Positions 16,642 through 26,666 of a stretch of 64,000 bases of DNA are shown piece by piece. The notes under the pieces were generated by a model, which did no database searches, was not told the origin of the DNA, and was given only the letters and a program-made list of their open reading frames with translations. A program made the position numbers and the translations under genes. This stretch comes from an uncultured virus (IMG/VR IMGVR_UViG_3300030419_004292) (Duplodnaviria > Heunggongvirae > Uroviricota > Caudoviricetes): IMG/VR virus record IMGVR_UViG_3300030419_004292. The stretch is one strand, 5' to 3'. How positions within the stretch are numbered: position 1 is the stretch's first letter; every line of letters begins with the position of its first letter.

Positions 16642-18822
16642 ATGTCGGTAGCAGAGCTACAGAGTTACACGTTTGTTTCTAAATACGCAAGATGGATACC
16701 GGAAAAAAGACGAAGGGAAACTTGGCGAGAATCAGTCGACAGAGTCAAAGAGATGATGCAGCATCAGTATCCCGAAATTAACGGGGATATTGACTGGGCA
16801 TACGACATGATGCACAAAAAGCGTGTGCTTGGATCTCAGAGAGCTTTGCAATTTGGTGGTTCTCCAATATTAAAACATAATGCTAGAATTTATAACTGCA
16901 TAGCTTCATATATCGACAGGATTAGATTTTTTCAAGAGTGCATGTATCTCCTCTTGTGTGGTTGTGGCACTGGATTCTCTGTTCAGCAGCATCATATAGC
17001 AAAGCTGCCCAAGCTGGTTCAAAAGAAAGAGGGTACTAAAAAATTCGTCATACCAGACACAATAGAGGGATGGTCTGACTCTGTCGGGGTTTTAGTTAGC
17101 AGCTACTTTGAACAAGATGATCTTTTCCCAGAGTATGCCAGAAAAACAGTCAACTTTGACTACTCAGAAATTCGTCCAGCGGGATCGTTCTTAAGCTCAA
17201 GCTCTGGTAAGGCGCCCGGCCCCGAGCCACTGAAAAAAGCCTTAACAAATATCAAGAAAGTCTTAGATAAAGCATTGAAAGATGCGTTATTTTCAAACAG
17301 AAAACTGAGGCCGATTGATGCATACGATGTGGTTATGCATGCTGCTGACGCTGTTATTTCTGGCGGGGTACGCAGAAGTGCTACGATTTGTGTTTTTTCG
17401 CCAAACGATGAAGAGATGGCATTGGCAAAGACTGGTAATTGGTTTCACGATAATCCTCAACGTGGCCGGTCTAATAATTCTGCTCTTTTACTACGGGATT
17501 CAACGACTCCTGAACAATTTTCCTCTTTAATGAAATCTGTTAGGGAGTTTGGAGAGCCGGGATTTGTGTGGTCCGACTCTACAGAACTTATTGTAAATCC
17601 GTGTGTGGAAATTGGGCTGTATCCCGTCGATGAAGAAACCGGGCAAACAGGATGGCAAGCATGCAATCTCAGCACTGTAAACTGCGCTAAAATTAAAACC
17701 AAAGAAGAATTCTTGGAGTCCTGCAAAGCAGCTTCCATTGTCGGAACTCTTCAGGCGGGATTCTCAGAGATGCCATATTTGGGAGAAGTCACCGAGAGAA
17801 TCTTAAGAAGAGAGGCTCTTCTCGGAGTCTCTATGACGGGAATTATGGAGCAACATGATATTTGTCTGGACCCAGACATCCAAAAGGAAGGTGCTAGAGT
17901 TGTCAAGAAGACGAATAGAGAGCTTGCTAAGAAAATCGGAATTAATCCAGCAGCTAGAACTACTTGTGTCAAGCCTGAAGGTACTGCTAGTTGCATCCTT
18001 GGTACTAGTTCTGGCATTCATCCTCATCATGCCAAGCGTTATATTAGACGTGTACAGGCTAATAAGATGGAGGATATATACCAACACTTTAAGAAAACAA
18101 ATCCAAGAGCATGCGAAGAGTCAGTGTGGTCTGCTAATGATAGCGACGACGTTGTTTCTTTTTGCATAGAAGTTCCTGATGGTGCAAAGTTGAAAAACAA
18201 GGTCAGTGCCATAGACCTTCTAAGCTGCGTGAAACTTACTCAACAAAACTGGGTCATGACAGGAAGAACTGACTCTCTTTGCGTACAGAATTTTCTTCAG
18301 CACAACGTTTCAAATACAATTAATGTAAAGCCTGAAGAATGGGAAGACGTAGAAAAATTTATCTACAAAAATAGAAAGTATTTCTGCGGGGTTTCACTTT
18401 TACCGGTAAGCGGAGACAAAGACTATCCTCAAGCCCCCTTTACAACAGTCTATCTGCCCAGCGAGATGGTTTCCCACTACGGCGATGGAGCCGTTTTTGT
18501 TAGCGGGCTAATTGAAATCGCTCTCAACCTATGGGAAGATAACCTTTGGGCTGCTTGCGATGCCTTGGTTGGACTAGGAACAAAAGTAAAGGGCAACGGA
18601 AAGAAAGACTGGGTTGACAGATGTATTCGTTTTGCAAACAAATATATGGGGGGAGACATCAAGAAGCTCTCCTATTGCATGAAAGATGTTTATAATTGGA
18701 AGGAGTGGGTGGACATGAAGAGATCTTACGAGTCTGTTGATTATACCAACTGCATTGAAGAAGAAGACAATACTACTCCCGAACAAGAGATAGCCTGTGC
18801 CGGTGGAGCTTGTGAAATATGA
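16642..18822 (+). CDS. nrdJ: class II (adenosylcobalamin-dependent) monomeric ribonucleotide reductase
   Basis: SQRALQFGG, YNC, GCGTGFS, NPCVEI, CNL, VKPEGTAS and C-terminal CAGGACEI; no beta-subunit gene nearby. Confidence 0.9.
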   Translation: MSVAELQSYTFVSKYARWIPEKRRRETWRESVDRVKEMMQHQYPEINGDIDWAYDMMHKKRVLGSQRALQFGGSPILKHNARIYNCIASYIDRIRFFQECMYLLLCGCGTGFSVQQHHIAKLPKLVQKKEGTKKFVIPDTIEGWSDSVGVLVSSYFEQDDLFPEYARKTVNFDYSEIRPAGSFLSSSSGKAPGPEPLKKALTNIKKVLDKALKDALFSNRKLRPIDAYDVVMHAADAVISGGVRRSATICVFSPNDEEMALAKTGNWFHDNPQRGRSNNSALLLRDSTTPEQFSSLMKSVREFGEPGFVWSDSTELIVNPCVEIGLYPVDEETGQTGWQACNLSTVNCAKIKTKEEFLESCKAASIVGTLQAGFSEMPYLGEVTERILRREALLGVSMTGIMEQHDICLDPDIQKEGARVVKKTNRELAKKIGINPAARTTCVKPEGTASCILGTSSGIHPHHAKRYIRRVQANKMEDIYQHFKKTNPRACEESVWSANDSDDVVSFCIEVPDGAKLKNKVSAIDLLSCVKLTQQNWVMTGRTDSLCVQNFLQHNVSNTINVKPEEWEDVEKFIYKNRKYFCGVSLLPVSGDKDYPQAPFTTVYLPSEMVSHYGDGAVFVSGLIEIALNLWEDNLWAACDALVGLGTKVKGNGKKDWVDRCIRFANKYMGGDIKKLSYCMKDVYNWKEWVDMKRSYESVDYTNCIEEEDNTTPEQEIACAGGACEI

Positions 18823-19778
18823 GCAACAAAAGAGTCTTTTACGCTACTCAAGCAGTTCTGCTTGGTGATGCTGGAGCAACATTGGGTGCGTCAGATGTAT
18901 TAAAAGGTGTTCAATCTGTTGGAGTTGACACTATACTTTCGCAAAGAAATATTAAAGATCTAGGAAAACCTACACCAATAACAATACTTGAAGACAAGCC
19001 CCAAGTGGATGCAACTATAGAAAGATATATCACATCTTCCAGTGACATAATTTTTCCATCTTCAGGTGGCAATCTCTTAGATGACGCCGTACACGCCAAA
19101 GAATATGACATGCTTCTATTAGTAGGAGAAGACGCTAGAGATCAAGTAGATACTTCTGGAGCTTCAACACAAGCAGAACTAAAACTTTCATACATGCAAG
19201 TAGGTGATGTTAGTTACACTTTTAGTGTCGATAATCCAGTAATGGAAACTATATCTTTTATAGGACATCATAAACAATGGTCTACCACAAGAACATTCTC
19301 GTCCACTGGGCAGCTTGGATTCACACATTCTGGAAGCCTACCCAAAAGAACTGAATACAATACATCGTCTTCTGTTATGCCAACTGAAGTTCAGGGAACA
19401 ATACAGAATATAGATATTAGTGTAAGTTTTGGAAGAAGAGAGGTGATGGATCTGGGCAAAAGACAGGGAGTGTCTAGCATCTCAGAAACTAATCGGTATA
19501 AACTGTTAGAATTACCACTTCTCTGTGACACAACTATTTCAACTATTGTAAAAGACAAAGATTTTAATGGAGATATTACCGCCCAGTCCTTTTCTAATAC
19601 TCCTCAAAGCAGACAGATCAAAATTGTTTTGACTTGGAGAGACGGATCTAATGTTACGTTTGATTTAGGATCTGAAAACTATCTCATCAATGCTGAAAGA
19701 CGAAATAACGATACTGATGGAGGCAATGTTGAAGCCGTTTACACCTTTGAAAATCACAACACATTCAGTATATCTTAG
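18819..19778 (+). CDS. putative tail-tube-like structural protein
   Basis: Beta-rich, Ser/Thr-rich; the N-terminal RVFYATQAV...GVQSVG pattern recalls putative phage tail-tube families. Confidence 0.45.
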   Translation: MSNKRVFYATQAVLLGDAGATLGASDVLKGVQSVGVDTILSQRNIKDLGKPTPITILEDKPQVDATIERYITSSSDIIFPSSGGNLLDDAVHAKEYDMLLLVGEDARDQVDTSGASTQAELKLSYMQVGDVSYTFSVDNPVMETISFIGHHKQWSTTRTFSSTGQLGFTHSGSLPKRTEYNTSSSVMPTEVQGTIQNIDISVSFGRREVMDLGKRQGVSSISETNRYKLLELPLLCDTTISTIVKDKDFNGDITAQSFSNTPQSRQIKIVLTWRDGSNVTFDLGSENYLINAERRNNDTDGGNVEAVYTFENHNTFSIS

Positions 19779-19786
19779 GATTTATA

Positions 19787-20212
19787 ATGGATATTATCAG
19801 AGTAAAAAGATTATCTGACAATGCAATTTTACCCACAAGGTCTAACGAAGACGACGCAGGATGGGATTTGTATGCTTCTGAAAATGTGTCGATTATGCCC
19901 AACAGTCGAACACTTGTTGGAACCAGCGTGTCTATGGCTATCTCATCAGGTTCCGTGGGTCTGATCTGGCCTCGGTCTGGACTAGCCGTGAAAAAAGGTT
20001 TGGACGTGTTTGCTGGCGTTATCGACTCAGGATACAGGGGTGAAATCAAAGTTTGTCTGTTCAACTCTAGTGAGGACACTGTGGAAATTACGGAAGGTGA
20101 CCGGATAGCTCAAATACTCATTCAAAAAATCAACAATGTCACTTTCAAAGAATCCGACGACCTTTCTGAGACATCAAGGGGGAGAGGGGGCTTTGGATCA
20201 TCAGGTAAATAA
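19787..20212 (+). CDS. dut: trimeric dUTPase
   Basis: AGWDL, PRSGLA, GVIDSGYRGEI, RIAQ and RGRGGFGSSG. Confidence 0.96.
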   Translation: MDIIRVKRLSDNAILPTRSNEDDAGWDLYASENVSIMPNSRTLVGTSVSMAISSGSVGLIWPRSGLAVKKGLDVFAGVIDSGYRGEIKVCLFNSSEDTVEITEGDRIAQILIQKINNVTFKESDDLSETSRGRGGFGSSGK

Positions 20213-20217
20213 TCTAT

Positions 20218-20865
20218 ATGTCCAAAAGAAAACCTAGAGGCAAAAAAACACTTAAACCAAAAACTAGAAATCAAGCGACGTACATTAAATGTATGGAGCA
20301 TTCTGATATAACAATATGTGACGGTCCAGCGGGAAGCGGGAAGACAGCAGTCGCAGTAGGGTTAGCCTGCCAGTATCTAGAAGAAGGCAGAGTTAATAAA
20401 ATTGTTATCACTAGACCGATAGTAGAATCTGGAAAAGGCTTAGGATACTTACCCGGAAATTTTCAAGAGAAAGTTCATCCATACTTAGTTCCTATCTTAG
20501 AAGAGATGAATCTTTATCTTTCTCGTGAAAAAGTTGAGACATTACAGAATAATGGTATTATAGAGATATGTCCTCTAGAATACATGAGAGGAAGAAACTT
20601 TCATCAGTCATTCATGATTTTAGATGAAGCGCAAAATGCTACCCATGAACAGATGAAAATGTTCGCGACAAGAATGGGTAGACAATCAAAGTGCGTGATC
20701 AACGGAGATATAGAACAATCAGATCTGCCTCATAGCATGAGAGGGGCTTTAGAGAAGTGGTTAGAAACACTCTCTGATATAGAAGGTGTTTCTGTGGTAG
20801 AACTAGACTTCAGTGACATCATAAGAAATGATATAATAGCAAAAATTTTATCAGTTCTGGAATAG
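20218..20865 (+). CDS. phoH: PhoH family ATPase
   Basis: GPAGSGKT, GYLPG, YMRGRNF, ILDEAQN and GDIEQSD. Confidence 0.95.
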   Translation: MSKRKPRGKKTLKPKTRNQATYIKCMEHSDITICDGPAGSGKTAVAVGLACQYLEEGRVNKIVITRPIVESGKGLGYLPGNFQEKVHPYLVPILEEMNLYLSREKVETLQNNGIIEICPLEYMRGRNFHQSFMILDEAQNATHEQMKMFATRMGRQSKCVINGDIEQSDLPHSMRGALEKWLETLSDIEGVSVVELDFSDIIRNDIIAKILSVLE

Positions 20866-20869
20866 ATTA

Positions 20870-21274
20870 ATGGGTAAATATTATTACACTATGATGTGGC
20901 TGACCATAGGTATAATATCTGCCATTGATGTTTATTGGTCAATTGTAAACCAAAGTGTTTTGTGGGAGATGGAACAGAACCCGATTGGTAGATACTTAAT
21001 AGAAAAAGACGGGGGAAGTATCGCTCTCTTTATGGCAATAAAAGTTGGTGGAACAATTATTGCATTGGGCGTTTTGGTTTTTTTGTATCACTGGAAACAA
21101 AAGTACGCATGGCCGACAATAACAATCTTAACTCTAGCGCAGCTTTCCCTGTTGTCTTATTTGAATAATGGCTATGTAGTTAAAAATAAAGAATTAAAAG
21201 AGCATTTCAAATGGCAATCTACGAATATAAATGTGAAGCCTGTCGGAATTCCTTCGAAGAAGAAATCTCGATAA
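20870..21274 (+). CDS. membrane protein (DUF5658-like)
   Basis: Three TM segments with D...EQNP...K motif. Confidence 0.55.
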   Translation: MGKYYYTMMWLTIGIISAIDVYWSIVNQSVLWEMEQNPIGRYLIEKDGGSIALFMAIKVGGTIIALGVLVFLYHWKQKYAWPTITILTLAQLSLLSYLNNGYVVKNKELKEHFKWQSTNINVKPVGIPSKKKSR

Positions 21275-21552
21275 AAAAATATAAGAAAAGAAAAAAGTGT
21301 CCTTCTTGTGGAAAACATAAGCTAGTCAGGATACTAGGTGTTCCCGACATTTCTGTCCGAGGTGATATAAATACTATCGGACAATTGGCAGAATCCAACA
21401 CTAAAAAAATGGGTGCATATCAATTAGAAGATAAACAAAGACAAGACAACAAAGAATTTGAAAAACTAAAAAGAGATACCAGAAAGACACAAAGAGAAAT
21501 TAACAAGATGACACCGGAACAAAAAAAGAAGTACATTATAGAAGGAGATTGA
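21211..21552 (+). CDS. FmdB-family zinc ribbon protein
   Basis: MAIYEYKCEAC...CPSCG. Confidence 0.8.
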   Translation: MAIYEYKCEACRNSFEEEISIKKYKKRKKCPSCGKHKLVRILGVPDISVRGDINTIGQLAESNTKKMGAYQLEDKQRQDNKEFEKLKRDTRKTQREINKMTPEQKKKYIIEGD

Positions 21553-21553
21553 T

Positions 21554-21817
21554 GTGGGTATTATGGAAAGCTCTGGAGGAGCAAAAGCTCCGCACGTAGC
21601 CTTGATTACAATGAATGTTAAAATTCATGAGCTTCTGGAAACAGGAGATGTGAATCCTAAATGCTTATCCAAGGAGCAGCTTGATAAGTTTGGTATCACA
21701 GAAAAAGCAATACTCCGCGTAGATGGATTTGATAGGTTTGATTGTGTTAAAAAAATGATAGAAGTATTTCAAAAGATTAGTCAGGATGGTTCAGTCGAAG
21801 GAATAAAAGATGTCTAG
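21554..21817 (+). CDS. hypothetical protein
   Basis: Coupled ORF in the operon. Confidence 0.55.
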   Translation: MGIMESSGGAKAPHVALITMNVKIHELLETGDVNPKCLSKEQLDKFGITEKAILRVDGFDRFDCVKKMIEVFQKISQDGSVEGIKDV

Positions 21818-22151
21818 AAATGAAAATGAGAAGATTGACATTGACATCCCAGACCCAACGGAATATACTACGGTATTCTTCACCGAGAGGGGCGTTAAGC
21901 AATCAAAAGAAACTAATAAAAGTTTTGCTAAAATAAGAACGAATACTGATACAGACTATAGCGTGCATTACGTTAAGTATGGTCATGGAGACATATTTGA
22001 TCCTTGGGGAATGCATGCAAATAAGATTAACTCTCATTCAATTAGTTTCAGGAAAGTTGGAAAGAAAACTTTTCAGCACTACTTGAAATATCTAGAAACA
22101 AGAAGATCTGCATTTCTTTTAAAAGCCAAGAGGGAATTAGTCAATGAGTAA
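21810..22151 (+). CDS. hypothetical protein
   Basis: Coupled ORF in the operon. Confidence 0.6.
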   Translation: MSRNENEKIDIDIPDPTEYTTVFFTERGVKQSKETNKSFAKIRTNTDTDYSVHYVKYGHGDIFDPWGMHANKINSHSISFRKVGKKTFQHYLKYLETRRSAFLLKAKRELVNE

Positions 22152-22452
22152 AAAAGGACCGCTGAGCAAAATAGAAAAATTCTATATAGAGAACAATATT
22201 GAATCTGATATAGAAACTATTTCTAAGGATCTAGGAAGAACGTCTTCTATTATACTGAAACACATAGAAGAAAATTGCCCCAAAAATGATCCTAGAATTA
22301 TTAATGTGGGAGATCTGATGGCCAAGAAAAAGGAAAGAGGCGTCACAATAATGACCGAGAGCGCTTCTGCTGCATCAGATGCAAACAAGCAGTTCCAAAA
22401 AAAGTCTAGCCCATCTTGGCAACAATCCATACATAAAATCAAGGAGGATTAA
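22144..22452 (+). CDS. hypothetical protein with HTH-like N-terminus
   Basis: LSKIEKFYI...IETISKDLGRT pattern. Confidence 0.55.
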   Translation: MSKKGPLSKIEKFYIENNIESDIETISKDLGRTSSIILKHIEENCPKNDPRIINVGDLMAKKKERGVTIMTESASAASDANKQFQKKSSPSWQQSIHKIKED

Positions 22453-22932
22453 ATGTCTGTATGTACCGAATGGGACACATATATCAATGACTTCCGTCTA
22501 ACCAACACCATGTGGTTTGCCGAACTTTCAAACGGGGAGAAAGTTCTTCAAGATGATGGCAGACCGGGAGTTAAACCATCTAGCGCTTGGATTAGATTGG
22601 TTGATTACTGCAACGAGAACGATCTTTATGTTACCAAACTTTATTTTAGTAACGGGGATGGTTTAACGCACCCATTTGAAGACGAAGATGGTCTTGAAGG
22701 AGCTTACTTTATGAAGGGGGCTTCTGGGGATCTGTTTACATCAGACACGACTTATACTTACGTCTTTGGAAATGTCGACGGGAACGAAATTAGAATTAAA
22801 AAATATAGCGTTCCCGACTGTCAGTTTATTACAGACAGCGAAGTTAGAAAGCTTACAGAAGATAACATTAAGTATATTATCTTTAGAGACAAATCCAGAA
22901 AGAGAGAGCTTACTAAAATTGGCCATCAATAA
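22453..22932 (+). CDS. hypothetical protein
   Basis: RBS GGAGG; 159 aa. Confidence 0.65.
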   Translation: MSVCTEWDTYINDFRLTNTMWFAELSNGEKVLQDDGRPGVKPSSAWIRLVDYCNENDLYVTKLYFSNGDGLTHPFEDEDGLEGAYFMKGASGDLFTSDTTYTYVFGNVDGNEIRIKKYSVPDCQFITDSEVRKLTEDNIKYIIFRDKSRKRELTKIGHQ

Positions 22933-23356
22933 AAGTGATTGCAGTAACTATAAGTCTCCTTCTACTGGAGAATATTGTACGGCGGCTCAATATATAGCCG
23001 AGCTAATGTGCCAGAGAATGGCAGAAAAAAACAATGAAGGCTCTCTGGCCTACAAGTTCTGGAACACAAAGAAGTGGAAAAGAACTTATATAAACCAAAT
23101 CATCAGAGCTAACGAACTGGTGGATCAATATGACGAAAGAGCTATTATAAAATTTCTCAATGGCGATAGAGGGAAACGAATATACTCTCTAAGATTTCCT
23201 AACATAGAAGACATGATAGCTCAAGAGGAAATAAATCTTAAGAAGATTGAAAACAATAGTGAACATGCTGAATACAAAGATTCAAGCAAGTCTCAACCAA
23301 GAAAACCTTTCGGCAGACAAAGTTCTATGTCGAAACTAAGGAAGCTAGATGAGTAG
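22919..23356 (+). CDS. hypothetical protein
   Basis: Probable TTG start at 22919; coupled to recA. Confidence 0.55.
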   Translation: MAINKSDCSNYKSPSTGEYCTAAQYIAELMCQRMAEKNNEGSLAYKFWNTKKWKRTYINQIIRANELVDQYDERAIIKFLNGDRGKRIYSLRFPNIEDMIAQEEINLKKIENNSEHAEYKDSSKSQPRKPFGRQSSMSKLRKLDE

Positions 23357-24359
23357 AAAGAAATTTGATGATGCCCCCACTAAAGAAGTCATCAAGAAGC
23401 ACGGGGCGGTTGTATCCAGAGGCAACGATATTCTGGATGAAAAAAATGATCTCGATACCATCACTGTAAGCCCTTCGATTGACATCGCTTTAGGCGGCGG
23501 AATCAAAGAAGGTAGCTGGGTTATTCTCACCGGAGACCCGAAGACAGGAAAAACGACCACAGCACTTCAGATCGCCGCCAACTGCCAGAACGAGGAGAAC
23601 CCCCGCCCAGTTGTTTACATCGACGCAGAGGGGCGTCTGAAGGCCATGAACCTGTCTGGTGTCAAGGGTCTCAATCTAGAAGACGTAAGAGTGGTTCATT
23701 CTGATGAAGAACCTTTAAGCGCGGAACAGTTTCTAGACATAGCAGTCAAACTAATAAGCAGCAAGGAATTTTACAGATGCGTTTGTATCATTGACTCAAC
23801 ATCATCTCTGATACCGGAGAAGGAATTGAATGAAGACATCACCGGCTCATTTAGGGCTGGCCTTCCCAGAATCCTCGCCATCTTTTGCAGAAAACTAGCG
23901 AACATTGTGAGTATGCAAAGAGCCACAATAATCGTCATCACACACTTTATTGCCAACACATCTGGGTATGGCGCGCACAGGCTTCCTGATTGCGGCAGAA
24001 AAATTCAGTATCAGGCTGATACAAGAATGGAAGTAAAGAGTATTAAACCTTGGGAGTCTGGCAGTAAACAAATAGGACAGCAGGTTAACTGGAGGATAGT
24101 CTGTTCATCCATGGGATCTCCCGGTGGAGAATGTTTAAGTTGGCTTAGATATGGAAAGGGTATAGACAACACTCAGGAACTGCTTACTCTGGGATGTGAG
24201 ATTGGATTGATATCGAAAGCTGGGGCTTGGTATCAGTGCGACTTCTTAGAAGAAAAAGAACCTAAGAAATTTCAAGGGCAGGACAGATTGTACACTTTTC
24301 TAAAAGAGAATCCAGAAGCTTTATTAAAGCTGCAAGAACAGATAAAAGAGATGTTGTGA
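23349..24359 (+). CDS. recA: RecA/UvsX recombinase
   Basis: DIALGGG, Walker A GDPKTGKTT, YIDAE, IIDS and KAGAWY. Confidence 0.9.
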   Translation: MSRKKFDDAPTKEVIKKHGAVVSRGNDILDEKNDLDTITVSPSIDIALGGGIKEGSWVILTGDPKTGKTTTALQIAANCQNEENPRPVVYIDAEGRLKAMNLSGVKGLNLEDVRVVHSDEEPLSAEQFLDIAVKLISSKEFYRCVCIIDSTSSLIPEKELNEDITGSFRAGLPRILAIFCRKLANIVSMQRATIIVITHFIANTSGYGAHRLPDCGRKIQYQADTRMEVKSIKPWESGSKQIGQQVNWRIVCSSMGSPGGECLSWLRYGKGIDNTQELLTLGCEIGLISKAGAWYQCDFLEEKEPKKFQGQDRLYTFLKENPEALLKLQEQIKEML

Positions 24360-24784
24360 AAGCGATAGGTCTAGATGGTAAAGAAAGGTCTTGGAATATA
24401 TCTAAATATATAAATAATAAAAATTCTTCCAGACCGAGATCCCAATATCACATTAAAGCCCGAAATCTTCTCAGAAAAATATATCCTAGAGACAAAATTC
24501 TAGAGGAAGTTTCTCTTCCGGGCAGTAACACAGAGACAAGAAAATCCACACTCTTTGCCGACTTCTTTATTCCTAACAGATCCCTAATGGTAGAGGTACA
24601 TGGTCAACAGCATTATGAGTACAATGCTTTTTACCATAAAAAAAAGATAAACTTCTACAAGGCTCAAGCTAGAGACAGGGACAAGCTGGAGTGGTGCTGC
24701 TTAAACGACATAAGGATCGTGGTGTTAAAATATTCAGACGATTTGACAGAATGGGAGAGGCAGATAAAATATGACTCCGCTTGA
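24356..24784 (+). CDS. Vsr/DUF559-like PD-(D/E)XK endonuclease
   Basis: ADFFIP..LMVEVHGQQHY...RDRDK..WC. Confidence 0.7.
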   Translation: MKAIGLDGKERSWNISKYINNKNSSRPRSQYHIKARNLLRKIYPRDKILEEVSLPGSNTETRKSTLFADFFIPNRSLMVEVHGQQHYEYNAFYHKKKINFYKAQARDRDKLEWCCLNDIRIVVLKYSDDLTEWERQIKYDSA

Positions 24785-25208
24785 ACAAATCAAAAAAGGA
24801 ATTCTTGACGGTGACATGGTAACAGTCGCGCTGGGATATAAATCTCTCACCGGAGAAGATCTCCACAATACCAATGCGAGCGAGGCCAAGGTGGATACCC
24901 CACCGTCCAGTCCAATACTGTCCTCCTCTTCGGATGATTTTATAGCCCCATCCAAAAAGAAGGACTCAGAGTCATCTGGTAGTAGAATTGCCAGAAGTTC
25001 TCCGATTTCTACTGAGGGTAGAGAAAATCTTTTTGTAGATGACGGCAAAGAACACAAAGATGTTTCCACTCCAGATATAGATCCTTCGCCAAGGCAGAGA
25101 AACAAATTTACAATGATAAAGCAAGAGTGCCAAAAATGTAACAAGACATTTGAGGTGCATCCCATACACAAAAGAGAATATTTTATTTGTGACAGGTGTA
25201 TAAAATAA
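24771..25208 (+). CDS. hypothetical protein with C-terminal zinc ribbon
   Basis: CQKC...CDRC. Confidence 0.6.
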   Translation: MTPLEQIKKGILDGDMVTVALGYKSLTGEDLHNTNASEAKVDTPPSSPILSSSSDDFIAPSKKKDSESSGSRIARSSPISTEGRENLFVDDGKEHKDVSTPDIDPSPRQRNKFTMIKQECQKCNKTFEVHPIHKREYFICDRCIK

Positions 25209-26666
25209 ATGAGTTCAGATAAAGAGCTATTGGATGTTGCCGCAGAGCGAGCGGTTCTATCGGGGCTGTGCCAACATGGCCTCGACGCTTTTTTAGATAC
25301 GGAGGACGTATTAACCCCAGATAGTTTCGTTGTAGAGTCTAACCAAATATTCTACAAATGTATAAAAGAAGTTCTATCTGAAAGCAGCAGCGTAGACGCA
25401 TCTTCTATTCTTGCGTCAGCTAGTAAACTAGGGTTTAATGATCATGTTAGCAAAAAGAAGGAGATGGATTATCTTAGATCTATCTTTAACTTCCCAATTC
25501 ACCTAGAGAATGTGAGAAGGCATGCTATAAAGCTACGGAAGTTAGAGATCGCTAGAGAAGTAAAGAAGAGACTGATACAATGCCAATCAGATATTGTCAA
25601 TGTAAACGGCGAAGAACGAATTGATGAAATCATAGCCATAGCAGAAAATCCAATTTTTGAATTAACGGCCCTTCTAAACAGAGGTCGTGAGGATAAGCCA
25701 GTGCTTCTTGGTGATCTGGTTGACGAATACCTTACTGACTTGGAAGAAAATCCGGCAGAGATGATAGGAGTCAGTACAGGATTTGCAAGATTTGATCATG
25801 CCATCGGTGGAGGATTGAGAAGAAAGTGTGTCGATCTGGTAGCCGCTAGACCCAAGGTCGGCAAGAGTATGTTTGGAGACAGTGTTGCTTTACACGTATC
25901 TGGAGAACTCAACATCCCGGTCTTAATGCTAGACACCGAGATGTCTAAAGAGGATCACTTCAATCGCATCTTGGCCAATCTTAGCGGGGTATCAATCAAC
26001 GATATTGCGAGCGGTAAGTTTGTAAAAAATCCAGTGGCAAAGGAAAAAGTCAAACAGGCCGCTGAGAAGTTCAAGGAAATGCCTTACGACTATATTAGTA
26101 TCGCTGGCATGCCATTTGAACAAACCCTTTCAATGATGCGTAGATGGATATTGCAACGAGTTGGAGTTGATGAAAACGGAAGAACAAAAAATTGTCTCAT
26201 AGTCTACGACTATTTAAAGCTGATGAGTTCAGAAAGCGTCAATCGCAACCTTCAAGAGTTCCAAGTCCTAGGCTTCCAGATCACCTCCCTGCACAACTTT
26301 TGTGTACAATACGACTGTCCCTGTTTATCATTTGTGCAATTAAACAGAGATGGCATCACCAGAGAGTCTACGGACGTGGTTAGCGGATCTGACCGTTTAA
26401 TTTGGTTGTGTACCAGCTTCACGATCTTCAAGAAAAAATCTGATGAGGAAATAGCAGAAGACGGAGATGATATCGGAAACAGAAAGCTCGTTCCCGTTGT
26501 GGCTAGACATGGAGCCGGTCTAGAAGACGGTGACTATATTAATATATCTATGAAGGGCGACATAGCAAGGATAAAAGAAAACAAAACGAGAAACGAAATC
26601 AAAAAATCAAGAAGATCTGAGGAACAAGGTTTTGAACATGACGCATCAAGTGTCCAGTCGGCTTAG
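25209..26666 (+). CDS. dnaB: replicative DNA helicase
   Basis: AERAVL, GVSTGF, AARPKVGKS, TEM, YDYLKL and QLNR. Confidence 0.92.
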   Translation: MSSDKELLDVAAERAVLSGLCQHGLDAFLDTEDVLTPDSFVVESNQIFYKCIKEVLSESSSVDASSILASASKLGFNDHVSKKKEMDYLRSIFNFPIHLENVRRHAIKLRKLEIAREVKKRLIQCQSDIVNVNGEERIDEIIAIAENPIFELTALLNRGREDKPVLLGDLVDEYLTDLEENPAEMIGVSTGFARFDHAIGGGLRRKCVDLVAARPKVGKSMFGDSVALHVSGELNIPVLMLDTEMSKEDHFNRILANLSGVSINDIASGKFVKNPVAKEKVKQAAEKFKEMPYDYISIAGMPFEQTLSMMRRWILQRVGVDENGRTKNCLIVYDYLKLMSSESVNRNLQEFQVLGFQITSLHNFCVQYDCPCLSFVQLNRDGITRESTDVVSGSDRLIWLCTSFTIFKKKSDEEIAEDGDDIGNRKLVPVVARHGAGLEDGDYINISMKGDIARIKENKTRNEIKKSRRSEEQGFEHDASSVQSA

